Numbered from the whole stretch's first letter, positions 28,431 to 41,314 are shown. The stretch: 63,994 bases of DNA, filler included, from Choristocarpus tenellus KU-1152 (GCA_964200185.2; 9 parts of 9 records of this genome joined end to end with filler, not necessarily neighbours in it), one strand, 5' to 3'. Notes: generated from the letters alone by a model not told the origin. A program made the numbers and translations.

Positions 28431-28822
28431 ATATTGGAGACACAGGAAGGCAGTCGTACAACACAGATAGTGGTGAAATAACAAATAGATCAATTCTTTT
28501 CACAATTACTTCTCCAGAGATTTTTATGACACATGAAGGGTTTTCCCTTGGTTTTTCCCCTGATACACCGGCAAAATGTCAGAGGGTATAGTAATCTAAA
28601 TAATAATAATAATAATACTAACGATAAAAATACTAACAATAACAACCATGATAATTAGAATGATATTGATAATAAAAGAATAACAATAATATATACTACC
28701 ACCGTGCCATAAGTCTGTGCTGTGTTGTCCACAACTTTTGAAGATATTAACGAAATTCATTTCTGAAAGAAGATTTGGAATCCTTGACGAATTTCTGGTT
28801 AAGTCAGTTCATTTGATTATTA

Positions 28823-30153
28823 TTACTCCCCATCCATCACATTTTTAGCAGTCACAGAAATAGCCTCCATGTCTACCTTCGGTGTGTTCTCAAGCTCACC
28901 AGACAACTGCCTCTTCCTTACCCCTGTGTGCTCCACATTGAAGTCATCCCCCCCTTTGTGTCTAAGTACTTGAATGTACACCACAAAAAGGAGCTGCCAA
29001 GCCCTCTCAAGTGTGGTTTCATCATACTCCTCATACTGCTTCTTAATGACCTTCACCATCTCCTAGACGGACCCAAACCACTCCCCCATCACCCAGCATT
29101 TCACAAAGACCTGAAGAAGCACAGGTCCACGATATTGAGGTTGGGGGAGTTAGATGGCCACGTCACAAGCCTAATCGACTACCCCTCAGTCTTCCCTGCC
29201 CCTGACAAGATTTCTGAGTTACCGTTGCCCGTGTGGAGGGTGCCACCATCCTGCTGAATGACAACGTGCTTCCCCTGCAACCAAGGCATCTTGGTCTTGA
29301 TTGCAGGCAATAAGTCCTCCGTGTACTACTTCCTGTACCACAAATGGTCTAAAGTACACTCCTGCTCATATACATCCCCCTTTTTATGGTTCTTGCTTGT
29401 CCTGTCTGCCGTTTTTGGCGCGCACACACGCCAAACACCGAGCTTTCCTTCAAAGCTGTGACCCGAATCTGGGCGGGTGTTGACTGCAATGATCATGGTT
29501 TTGGGGATACAACTCTTGTGCTGCACAGTAGGGGACCCTGGAAGGTTGTTATCATCCTCATGCGGAAATACCACCCTATCCCTTTCCCCATCAGCCATCA
29601 CGTAAAACCAGGTTTCATCCACATGGATCGTGTCCACCATGGAGGTGTACACACCACGTTTCCGGCCCACTTGATCGCAAACAAAGTCCATTCTCCATAC
29701 CTTTTGCCGCGATTTAAGCGTGGGTTTGATCCAGCGGCGATTGGGCATGGTCTCCATATCATCCAACCACCTGATTACGGTGCTTGCGCTATATTTCAGT
29801 CCCTTGGTGACTATCTTATTTGTCATCTGACGCACTGTGGATGGCCGATTATCGGAGTTGATACTATGTATTGTGATCATCTTGGTCGATGTAAGCTCCG
29901 AAGGCCGCCCACTACGTGGCGCCACCCCTAGGTCAAGCGTGTGGCCACGGGTGAGCTCTGATCGGCGATATCCTGCCAGAGCCCTCACATGTAACGCTCG
30001 GACACTCCAACTCCACTTTGAGGACCGGCCCAACGTTTCGCGGCAGTTTATGCTCACCAGGAACCATCATGAGGGCGTGCCGCACTGCAAGCGCAACCCT
30101 GGTATTCAGGGATACTTGGGCACCCTTCCTACTGGTGGGGATCGATGGGGGGG
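28823..30153 (-). mobile_element. Plant-type (DD39D-related) mariner transposase relic, family A
   Basis: IHVDETWFY, QQDGGTLH and PSNSPNLNIVDLCFF motifs, plus a C-terminal LRHKGGDDFNVEHTG. In-frame stops are present. Confidence 0.9.
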
Positions 30154-30289
30154 NNNNNNNNNNNNNNNNNNNNNNNNNNNNNNNNNNNNNNNNNNNNTTA
30201 ATTAATTAANNNNNNNNNNNNNNNNNNNNNNNNNNNNNNNNNNNNNNNNNNNNCCCCCCCCAGATACTTTGACCCTCTCACCTCTGGGT

Positions 30290-30667
30290 ATTGCGCCACC
30301 ACACGGTTCTTCGTTGGAGTGTTTAAGTCTGGACCCCAGATAAAATTCTAAGCCTAAGAGTTGGGACCAACACACGATGACAGGATGAGCAAGCCACTCA
30401 AACGATGGGAGGCCTTCATCCTAGGCATCCCAATAAAGTCCTGTGTTAACAGTTCCACCAAGGTTTTTGAACCCCATCAAATGCGATTTGGTCGACTTTG
30501 CACTGGTGACCCTCCACAGTCATGACAGTCCACCATCTCAAACTCTTTACCACTCCCAAATCTATATGAGAACTAATTCTCATCCAGAGGGTTTATCACG
30601 TGGATCATTCCCAGGTGAGAAAGGAGCTTGCAAAAGTTATGATACATTTAATTCCAAACGGAGGAAG
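30290..30667 (-). mobile_element. 5' end of mariner family B with Stowaway-like TIR
   Basis: Reverse complement matches 39628-40200 and begins TA|CTTCCTCCGTTTGGAATTAAATG. Confidence 0.7.
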
Positions 30668-30699
30668 TATGTTGTGTGGGTAAGATGAAAGCATTGTTC

Positions 30700-32935
30700 C
30701 CAACTCATACCTCCCCCAACCCTACCCTTGGCAGGGGGATCAACGCTTTTATTCCTTCCTCCCCCACTTCCCCCTCCTCAACACACCCCTCAATTCACAC
30801 CTGCCATGGGGGGTTCATACCCCATGTGTTGCTTCTGCCCTTGACCAAGTCCAGATGGAGATCCTGGAAAGGAAAATATCACCAAAGTTAAGGTCCCTGC
30901 CAGGTTTTGCACCGCCCGTGTAATCACCCTCACATATACACAGTGGATCTCCTGATGCGTGAAGTGACCGTCCCACAGCTAGAGAGGGGGATACACTCAG
31001 TAGGGACCATTAGAGCGTCCAGGGTCATCTATCTGGGTTCTGGCCTTCTACTGGCCAATGATGGAAAGTTCTCCAGTGAGGAACGGTTCGTTATTTAGCA
31101 TCAAGGAACATCCAGGAGCTGACCACCTGCCTACTGGAACAGTCCTAAAGGACCAACAGACACCAGGAACCCCGAAGGGAAAGGGTTGTCACACTTGATC
31201 AGCACGATGGAGGTATCTCCAACAGGTCGAGCATTCTCCTACTACAGCCCAGAGATCAGTGAAGGGACGAGTCGTTCAGGTTACTGTTTCACAAGCACTC
31301 CAGTGAGAACCTATATGACCTAAGGCAAGTTATAATGGAAGCTAAGGACAAAGTAGGAACGGATATAGGGTCTGACCTACAATGGTACTGCCCCTCTGAG
31401 GGAGAATATACCCCATCTCTCTCTGGATGGCTTCATGCAAGCAAACAGAAAATCTGCACCAGTCCCTCATGGGATGCACCCCAGCCATATCCGACCGGTC
31501 ATTACGACAGATGCTGGCCATGAGGAAGTAGCAGAGCCATTTGCCAAGCTACGGGAGCTTACCTACACCTCCCCAAGCTCCTTACCTCTTGAGTTTTAGA
31601 AGCTCCACACTACTCCAGAGTGTCAGCAATCAGGGAGGAGTGCTGGCGAGTAGCGTGTAATTCTGTCTTTCTTCAGGGGGGCATGTGGCTCAGCCTTCTG
31701 TGTGAACTGGTGCCCCTACCTTGAAGAACATTTTGTAGGTATGAGGCAGGTTGGAGTAAGGGTTGAGCGTATTCTGCTAAACATTCGCCTAGGTAACCAG
31801 TGTGGCGAATGGGTCATTAGCTTAACTAGCAAGAACACCTTTCAATAGCGAATGCCGCTCAGCTTTAATGGAGGGCCTCCCTAAGGTCCTACCAGGACTC
31901 CTGCCATGTAGCAAATATACGCAGGGTACCCGTGATTTGTTTTATCACTAGGTGAGGGTGGGATGAGAATAACGCCCTCAAGGACAGGGGCACAACAAGG
32001 AGATGCCCTTGGCCCTCACTCTACTGCGAGGCCACAGCTATAACTCTCCAGCAGGTCCACAGTCCACCTTTGGACCCCAGGGGGTTTCCCCTCAAAGATT
32101 CCTGGATGAAACATCAATCTCCATAATTTCCATTCCTATAGCTGCTTTTGAGCAAGTGAAAGCGGACCTTTAAGAGGTGGGCAGAGGACTAAACATGGAT
32201 AAGGCCTATGGGCCACCAGCACACAACCTCGGAGCTGGAACTCCTACATATTGCGGGAATCAGCCGGACTTCAGGCACAAATGTTGTTGTCACACTAAGG
32301 GCTCCAGCAGGGACAGATAAATGTATCCAAGTTCAGATGGCGTGGGTGATTGAGAGCCCAGTCTCGCAAAAGCTGACCACAAGCATAATTGAGATGGATG
32401 GAGGATAAACGTCTTGCCTGGTTCCTCCGATTCCTGATCCCTCTCTTCCTACTTGAGGTATTTGGTGAGGGTCATTCCCCCCTACCTGGCATACTTCATC
32501 AAGAAACAAGCTGACAACTCCTCACGGTGGACTCTGGAGAAGATAATAGAGGTGGCAGACTCAGCTGAAACCATTGAGTTCTTCAATGAGGTGCTTAAAG
32601 ATATTGTCTCTTCATCTTGAAACACACCAACAAATACAGCTGTAGATGCCCACAACTTCGGGGGACCTAGACCAGTCGTTCATGAGACACTGAAGGCTTG
32701 TAGCCTTTGTGGGATCACTATTGGCCACCCTCCTAGCAAGGCAACAAAGACCTCATGGAGAGGTTTTTGCCCTGGCCACTTTGCGACCCCTTGCTCTATG
32801 AAGGACGGCAGTCCGTCTAAGGTGGACCGAGACTTTGACATGGATATTGTCCTCCATGCAGGGGCACTATTAGACTCCAGCTCGACTCACTACTTTGACA
32901 AGGCTTCCTTCTTGGTTTCACTTTTGCAGAGATCC
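30700..32935 (+). mobile_element. Degenerate CRE-like non-LTR retrotransposon (reverse transcriptase to start of endonuclease)
   Basis: Broken RT motifs VERILLNIRLG...WVISL..KN.FNS, SRTGAQQGDALGP (~31980) and FLDE (~32100), then DFDMDIVLHAGALLDSSSTHYFDKASFL, homologous to 27650-27740. Start approximate. Confidence 0.7.
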
Positions 32936-32939
32936 AAAT

Positions 32940-33121
32940 TGCTCAAAGTATCTGGGGGGGAGTGGTGGCTGTCCATTTGGGGCGAATTTTTTCATGTCGT
33001 GATTTTGTCTGATTCGGTTGCACACATCGAATGGATGATGTCAGTGCACTTTTCTTGATTTTGACCCATATGGACACCCTGGTGTAGATCCCCCCCCCCC
33101 CCTCCCCAGATACTTTGGGTC
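32940..33121 (-). mobile_element. MITE family 2 copy truncating the CRE-like element
   Basis: Reverse complement is collinear with 19118-19297; TIRs (T)GCTCAAAGTATCTGGGG...CCCCAGATACTTTGGGTC. Confidence 0.85.
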
Positions 33122-33228
33122 AATAGNNNNNNNNNNNNNNNNNNNNNNNNNNNNNNNNNNNNNNNNNNNNTTAATTAATTAANNNNNNNNNNNNNNNNNN
33201 NNNNNNNNNNNNNNNNNNNNNNNNNNGG

Positions 33229-35660
33229 GGGGGCCCTCTCGCAGGCACTGATAACCATCTCAGATGTTGTCAGGACATTATTCTTCTCGCGCACAACGAT
33301 GGGACTGAGTTCACATGCAACAAACGAGTCACCGTCGACGACATCTCTAGCCACGGGAGTGATGCATCTCCTCCGGTACTCCAAACCATATGTGACATCA
33401 AGTACGTAGGTGCTGCAACGGACAACCCCATGAGGGCCCTCCACTTCCTTGTTAACAGGTTCGTTAATAACGTCACACACACCCTTCTTCACGGGAGCAG
33501 CGACTTTTTTTGTATAGGTGTAGAACATCATTAAACAGTAACACAACAAGCTGGGTGACGGTTCATGGGCGTATGACCATACCACGAGTGTGTTTCCCTG
33601 AATCAGTACGTTAAGCGTCAAACCGCACCAAGAGTTTGTTGCCCTGTATCGGTACGTTACTCATATATTGCGATATGATGAATCTGTGCGCAATACAATG
33701 TACTCCTCGGGATAATTGACGAACCCTCCTATGATAGGTACACGAATGCTGGGGACACCGTCGTCTCCTTCAGCGCAGAGAGGCACAACGTGGTGGAGGC
33801 GGCCCTTGAACAGAGCAGGAGGGTGGAGGTGTTCGTGTCCAACACGGCGTCAAAGGACGAGGTGAAAGAGAAGATGGAGAACTCCTTCGGCCAAGCCTAC
33901 AAGGACGGCAAGTGGAAGGTAAGAAGGGTGTGCTGGCTTTTTTTCCATTGCTTTCGAACTTGTTGTCTGTCTTGGTTCCCTATGGATAGGTCTCGGGCGT
34001 GCGATTGTTGTAGGGATGTTTCCTTGTCGATGTTTACACGTTGCTAACACGGTGCATGCGGTTACCCACACCACAAACGGAAATCGCGAGACCCCAAGAC
34101 TTTGTGTGTGGGCGTCAGTATGTCGTAATGTCCTCCTTCCCCACACGAAAAAACAAATGTGCTGCGGTACACCTCAAGATCTTGAACCAACGCCGGAATA
34201 ACCCTTACGTACATGACGAAACCTTATTGCATAGCAAACACTTCAATGCCACATGGTTGGGCTGTCACATGTACGCATATGATGTTGCGGGTATCCTCGT
34301 CTCTCGTTCAAGAACGCGTGATAGGCCCTTCCTGCCTGCCGGAAGCCTTGGGGCAGACCCTCGTTCCAATGGAGACGCAGCGATGTTTTGCAGAGGCCAT
34401 CAATCCTCAGGGAAAGGCAATGGGACGCGATGAGGCGACCGTTTTCGTTGTGAAGATGGTGGCGACGGACTTCGGCTGCCAGATCGAGGTGAATGTGGTA
34501 TAGAATGCACTAAGTTACATATTTTGTGAAGAACGAACGGCAGAGTCATGCTCTAGGAACGCAGAATATACGTTTTTTTATTCCCGAGTACGAAGCTATC
34601 TAATGCGGCACCCAATTACGTCGCGTAGAAAACTATGGGCCTTGCGGGCTAGTATTGGGTCCGTCGTGTGTTCAACGTTTGCCACAATAAAGTTGCCGTT
34701 TTCGGACCACCTTCGGACGAGATTACCTCCAAATCACGAACATTCATGAATGGCCGAGCTCTGCCCCCCCCTCCCAACACCCCTCGACCCCCCCAAACCC
34801 CACCGCCATATTTGTCTTCCGCAATGCTCAGCCGTGTGCAAGCTCATTCTCTAATCCCGCAGAAATGGCCTTGTTCCCGCTTGAAGGGAAAGACTACAAA
34901 GTCGCCGGAAATGACCTCCCTGCGTGGGGTGATCTCGAAGTGTACAACTCTCGATCAGAGGCCTTCCGTTCGATCTCTCTTGAAGATCAAGAAGAACAGT
35001 GCATTCGGCTGCTTCATGTGGCCAACAACAAACAGCTCAAGCACATGCTTTCTCCTGGAATGGAAGGGTGTGGGCCGCGCGCAGAGCTCCACTTGCGCGT
35101 CGCAGTCATTTACCCTCTCTACTACATGCGTTGGACTGAGAAGGCAGACGTCGCCAACATTGAATTCACGTCAAAAGTTCTGCAGAGCGGAATCCGTCTC
35201 CAGGTCCTCCTCCCCTTCTCCCAGGTTGGCCCCGGGCAGATGTTCGTCATGCCCGTGGCCGGGAGGGTGTGCAAACCCCAGGCAAAGAATGACACCAGAT
35301 CACCATTCATGTGCTCCCGAGTCTTACGTTAGTGCGTTCTCGTGGGTTCGAAGTGGTGGATTCGGACTCGGACTTGACGCCAATGACCACTAGAAAGCGT
35401 AAGTATCCCTCTTCCGGCACGGGTGGAAAGGGTAAAGGTCGCAAGGTATGGAGGGGTGCAGGTGATTCTGCCATGGAAGACGACCCGAAGTATGTCAGCC
35501 ACGCGGAGGAGGACAAGGAGGAAGAATAGGATGATGAAGAGTATGATAGAGAGAAGGATGAAGGGGATGACGAAGAGGAGTAAGAAGAGGATCAGGACGG
35601 GGGGCGGGAAGGGGGAGAAGCAGGCAGGCGCACACGTTGGCAAAGTAATGATTGACCAAC
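33229..35660 (+). pseudogene. Multi-exon gene or pseudogene: N4C/N6A DNA-methyltransferase-like segment, SET-like domain, basic and acidic tail; 5' end lost in the gap
   Basis: Exons ~33229-33458, 33738-33918, ~34312-34488 and 34832-35332. The spliced product contains NPMRALHFLVNRYTNAGDTVVSFSAERHNVVEAALEQSRRV and FGCQIEPCASSFSNPAEMALFP...LPAWGDL...YPLYYMRW....ANIEF. The exon-3 acceptor reads CAA, and the tail has a frameshift and stops. Confidence 0.5.
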
Positions 35661-36055
35661 GGCAAACAGAGGATACGGGAGTGTTCTTGTTGATGATGCC
35701 TCATTCGTCCAGTAGTTAGTTCAAGCAGGTTGCTCGTGTATCTGTTGAACTCCCGGCAGCATGCTTACCAGAGTTGGCGCCCATTCTTGCTTCAGGTGAC
35801 GTGCACAGTTTCGTGCGGTGGCGGGGGGAGGGGGAGTAGCAAATTGAAAAAGCTGATGTTTTCTTTTTTTTATGTGATGGAAGATTTTNNNNNNNNNNNN
35901 NNNNNNNNNNNNNNNNNNNNNNNNNNNNNNNNTTAATTAATTAANNNNNNNNNNNNNNNNNNNNNNNNNNNNNNNNNNNNNNNNNNNNAGGAGGAGGGTG
36001 TGTTTTTTGGTGCTGTTGGGTGTTTTGGGGTCCCTTGTGTGGGTTGGGGGGGTGT

Positions 36056-36098
<43 letters not shown>

Positions 36099-36372
36099 CC
36101 TCTCTTTCTTGCTTAGAAAAAAAATAAAGAAGGAAAAAAGAAGAGTCGTGTCGAACCTCTATATTTTTCTTCTTTTTTTCCCCTGCCCGTCATGTTCCCT
36201 CCCCTCCCCTACAACCGTAAGAGGCACTTTTTTTTTTGCTATTCAAAACCTGACCGGACCGGGGGCAATTCCTATTCACCCTGCAGTCATTTTCTTCGTC
36301 CTTTGCAAAAAGAATAAAATAAATGACAAGTTGTTGTCCGTGGATGCTCACTTGCCTACACTGGCTCTCCAG

Positions 36373-37601
36373 GTAATGGAGAACCTTGCCGCGCTGGGGT
36401 TTGACACTTGGGACGTGGGAATGGAGGACATGAAGGCTGCATATCGCTCGAGGGCCATGAGCCTTCACCCCGACAGGAGAGTGCAGTGTAATGAGCTAAT
36501 AGAGGGACTTTGAGGCTACGCTGTGTGTCATTTAGAGCAGACTTACTACTATGTTTATTGCTATTGTCGACTGTCCCATGCATACTGCTAGGTTGGGAGT
36601 CAACTACCCCACCGGGGTTGAAGAACCCAAGTGGGGGTCTAAGCACCAGGTGCTGGAGGAAAGAGAGTGCATTGCAAGAACAGGTGGAAGTGCCCTCCTC
36701 ATTCTCATTCCCCGCACAGGGTGCCACCACCCTTCTCTTATGTGTCCACCCAGTTGTTTGTATCACTGGTGGGAGGTGCTCTTTTGGCTTGATTGTCTTG
36801 CCATTTGCTACTCCAAGGAGGGTTCGAAAGGAGACTACACTGGCTCTCTTTTATATTTTCTCGAGAGAATGTACTAGTAATAGTGGCTTTTTGAAGTAAG
36901 CTATTGTAAGCTATGTTAGGTCGTCGTACGCTGCAGAGTGTGTGCCTCAATTATATAACTAGAACAACTATTTATTGCTGTCGACACCAAGAAGTCCCCC
37001 CACCCCCCCCCCCCCCCCCCGTGGATCTACACAGCGTATTTATTAAAGTGAGTAAGCATGTCTCAGGTGAGAAGTCAGGTCAATGTTGAGTGTGTAAGAA
37101 GGAATACACGACATTGATGATACATTTTATCTATCCAGTGACACAAAAAGTAGAGCCAGTTCTAGTTCCGTTGTATTCCTCTTGGTACTGAAGACAGTTA
37201 GAAATCTCCTGCCCCGCCTTCAACTCCTACTCTTACTGTAGTAGAAATGACCTGGCGCGTCCCATAACCTGTGGTGTATGGACCCAGCTAAAGGCAGGTA
37301 GCTAATCTGGACAGCCACAAGCAACGGATATTTTGTATTATATAGTCTACAACAAGAGGGTATCCGCAAATCATTTCTTTGCCTTTCTCTTCCCCTAGAG
37401 ACACCACCCTCTCTTTCATTCAATATTCCAAGTATTCCTCCTGTCAGCCAAACTGAAGTACGAGCATAAGTAAATATCCCCGTACACACTCTCATCAGGT
37501 CTGGAAAAGATAGCCTGGACAAGAACGAGAAAGAGTTCAAGCGTGTGGCAACAGCATATGCCTGGCTTGGGCTGAACTACTATCATCGCAGGAAAAGCTA
37601 G
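36373..37601 (+). CDS. C-terminal J-domain (DnaJ-like), last two exons; possibly a pseudogene
   Basis: 36373-36476 (VMENLAALGFDTWDVGMEDMKAAYRSRAMSLHPD) and 37499-37601 (RSGKDSLDKNEKEFKRVATAYAWLG...stop) join in phase 2, with the HPD motif and FK.V..AY helix. The donor reads GAGAGT, not GTGAGT. Confidence 0.7.
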
Positions 37602-39627
37602 AACTTCACCGGAATCTGCTTTTGTAACTGCAATACAAAATGTCTAGGTCATTGCAAGTATAGTCCTGGGTTCCCCTGGAGGGGTTGGGTAGAGCCTAGC
37701 CTCCTCTTGGCATCTACCCAATAGTGGTAGTCTGTTTTTTTGTTATAACTGACTGATTACTTTCTTTCCATTGTTGGTGTACCGCCTGTCTGTGTGGAGG
37801 GTTTCAGTGACGGAGAGTGCTGATCAGTTATTGCGGCAGCGCACCATGCCATTTTGAGACTACTTGTTTCCTTGTTTTCATGTGCATTGTAACTATAACT
37901 AGAGTAGCTGACTGACTGAATTATAAACGTAGGAAACAGACTTGTAAGCATGTTGTGGAGAAGGCGGAGAGAGAGAGAGAGTTAGAGTTACTCTGGACTT
38001 CACCAGCAACATGTTGTCTACGCCCTCACTTCTGAATCTACAGTGTGTAGGAAACATACATTCCATCATAAATCCACTAATCAGCCCTATTGCTTGGTAG
38101 TAGTACACAGCAGCATTATTGATAATCCAGCCCGTCTTCTGTCTATCCCACTTCGTCAACTTCGTGCTCAGATTGCTCTCTCCGTGAAATTTTGAATCTT
38201 TTCATCTTTTGTATATACATGATACATGCATACTATTGATACTACTTCCATCCACTAACAATTGGAGTCAGTCCATTGCTCTTCTTTTTTGCTAGTTATG
38301 AACATAATGTTATTTGACAGTGTAACACGGTAACGATACAATAGATTAATGCTTTTCACATTTATGACAACTAACTGTTGTTACTTTTCTAGGGTTTATT
38401 CTCACATGTGAATAGTTATTTTTGATTTTTCCCCTGACAGATCTACAAAATGTCAGAGGGCATAATAATAATAACATAATAGTGATATATAATAACAAAA
38501 AAATGTATATGTAAATATATGTATCTGAAGTGGGGCGTATGTACAAGTAGAACATTGCATGAATAATTTGCAATGTTGGTTGTGTTGTTGTTACGATCAT
38601 GATAGGTATAACTTGTACTGTTCTTCTTGTTGTGATGGTGACCACCACACATTCGTGATGTATGAGTGGAGAGCAGTCCTGCTCGATGATGGTCACCTAT
38701 CCCCAAACTTTTGCTCTTTCAGACACTTCCTGTTGGTAAGGTCTCACACATAGATAGTAGCAGTAGTAAGAATATAAAAATATATATTTTATTGATTCAT
38801 ATACTCTATTTATTAATTAAAGAAGAGATTCTGCACTTTGCCAAACCCCATTTTCACCATCCTGGTTTCTTGAATCGGGACAAAACGTGAATGGTGGGGA
38901 CAGATCAAGACGAGGGTATCACATTCAGCACATACACGCATCCCTGTGGCTCAGTGATTGAGGAGACTGCTGAATTTAGTTCGTGGGTTGAACCCTATCA
39001 ACACAAGAAAAAATCCTCCTTATCTTGATTTATTCTGAGTCCATTTGTAAGGGACAAGGGATTGCTACACCTGCCTGTATTATCCTATCTGTCCTATCTC
39101 ACGGAAACACTGGTCCTGTATTTTTGGACCAAGAAAGAGGTGGGAAGTCTTCAGTGCTGAGGAACGCTAATGTAGATAAGGCAGCAAAACATTTGAGGAA
39201 AGAGACAGAGCGATGAGCAATGTGATGACTAAGCCCAATGCGTGAGAAGTAAGGCAGGCAGTACAATCCATCATAGTGTAACAGATAGTTACAGAAGTTA
39301 GAAATGAGAAGTAAATGCAGTGTGCAATACCTCTGGCCATGGGTCGAGATAGTATCCCCCGACTAAAGTGAAGACAACAGTTATAAAATGCATTAAAGAA
39401 AAAAATAATAATAGAGGAACGATGGCCCAGAAAATGGAAAGACTAAATATGTCTCTCCTTCTGATTAACACACGAAGATGATAAATCCTTTACAGACATT
39501 GAAAGTGGCTATCCCATTATGTCATTGGGTTGTCTCGTGACGACATTGTGATGATTTATATTGTAAATCACTCGGGGGGTTTTCCCATTAGCGAGGCATC
39601 TAACTTGCATGTCCTTTTTATGAAATA

Positions 39628-41314
39628 TTTCCTCCTTACGGAATCAAATGTAGCATACCTTAGGCATACCTTATGCCTAGGCTCCGTTATAGCCCGAAAC
39701 GATCCATGCGATAAACCCTCTGAATGAGGCTTAGGAGCAAAGTATCTTAGAGGGTAAACCCGCGTCCATTTGGGGATCAAAATCCATTGTTGCGATTTTG
39801 ATGTAATTTTGGTTATCGTGTTTGTTAGGAAGTGTCGATATCCTTGTTCTGGACAACACATTTCGGAGTAGGAAAATGTCATAAAAAAACTCATGGGATG
39901 TAAGTCCCAAATGAACAAAACAGGGCAAAACCGTACCCTCTAAGATACTTTCACTCTTAGTTCTCGTATAGATTGGGGGGCGCCCAATGTTTGAGACGGT
40001 GGACTGTCATGACTGTGGAGGATCACCAGTGCCATGCCAACCAAATCGCATTTGATGGGGTTCAAAGACCTTGTGAAACTGTCAAAGTGGGTATTGGGAT
40101 GTCTAGGACAAAGCCCCCCCGATATTTGAGCAGCTTACTCATCCTGTCGTCGCCTGTCGGTCCCAATTCTTCGGCCCAGAAGTCTATCTGGGGTCAGGAT
40201 TCAAAAACCCTGACGAAGAACAGTGTGGTGGCACGATGCCTGGAGGCGAGGGCGCAAGGCTCGGGTGCCTTGGGGGATGGTGGCAGCCATCGCGAAGAAC
40301 TTCGGAATTTCCTGAATCACTGAGTTCCGTCATCTGAAGGAATATGACAGCCAGATCGCACAGGATGAGTGCATCGACCTTTTACAACATTGCAAGGGGT
40401 GATGTGGCTGCCGTACAAGTATCTTCGACATTTGGGATGTCATATCGGTACACCACACATCCTTCCGCAAATGTGCGGTCTCCCTTGCCTCATTGTGGGA
40501 TCTGTGCAAGCACAAGAAGGTGAAGAAGTTCAACTGGTGGATTATGTCAGTCCTCTCAGACCAGCAGTATGTCAACAGGGTGGGTTTAGTCATCAGTCAC
40601 ACGCACAGGAGGGGGAAGGTGGGGTATTAGTGGATGATCTGTATGACTGGGTGCATACCAACGAGAGATGGTCTTGCATCTTCAAAGATGGGCAAGGTGT
40701 GTACCTGCACCCCACTGAGGACCCCCCAAAACCCCCATGGGCACAGAATAAGTGTTACATTACGAAGGTGACGTTTCTTGCAGCTGTGGCCCGTCCAAGG
40801 AAGGTCTCCAACGGGACGTGATTCCATGTGAACATTAGGATCAGACCAATCGTAGACACTAAGGTTGCTCAGTACTCCAGCAAACACCACCCCAAGGGCA
40901 CCAAGGTGGTTGTGCCAGCCATGGTGGACAGGGAGAGGTATAAGAAGCTCATGATCGAGGATGGCATCCCGGCAATCAAGGCTCACATGCCTAGGCCGGA
41001 AGGACAAACCATCTCTGTGCAGCAGGACGGGGCAAAGCCACACACCAAGGGGGGGATCATCATGAAGGCAATCGAGGAGGCGGCAGGGGACGACATTTTC
41101 ATAGAGACCCAGTCAGCCAACTCACCTGACCTCAATGTCAACAACCTGAGATTCTTTCATTCCTTCCAGCAACTCCAGGAAGACATTGAGGTGAACAACA
41201 CAGAGGAGTTGTTGGAGGGTACAATGGAAGCATTCGATGTGTACCCCCGAGAGACACCAGAGCACGTCTGGCAGAGCCTCTTCGCAGTCTACAGTGAAGT
41301 GCTAATGTTCAAGG
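39628..41314 (+). mobile_element. Plant-type mariner relic, family B, with a nested MITE
   Basis: Left TIR TA|TTTCCTCCTTACGGAATCAAATG; motifs WVHTNERW, KVTFLAAVARPR, QQDGAKPH, SANSPDLNVNNLRFF; several stops and frameshifts. Confidence 0.88.
39735..39956 (-). mobile_element. MITE family 1 (internally deleted) nested in mariner B
   Basis: Family TIRs; 4-bp TSD TTAG. Confidence 0.9.

Noticed and set aside
33175-33621. Minus-strand 148-aa ORF and the 34668-35393 241-aa ORF
   Set aside because: Shadow or alternative frames of the plus-strand spliced gene; no motifs or splice support.
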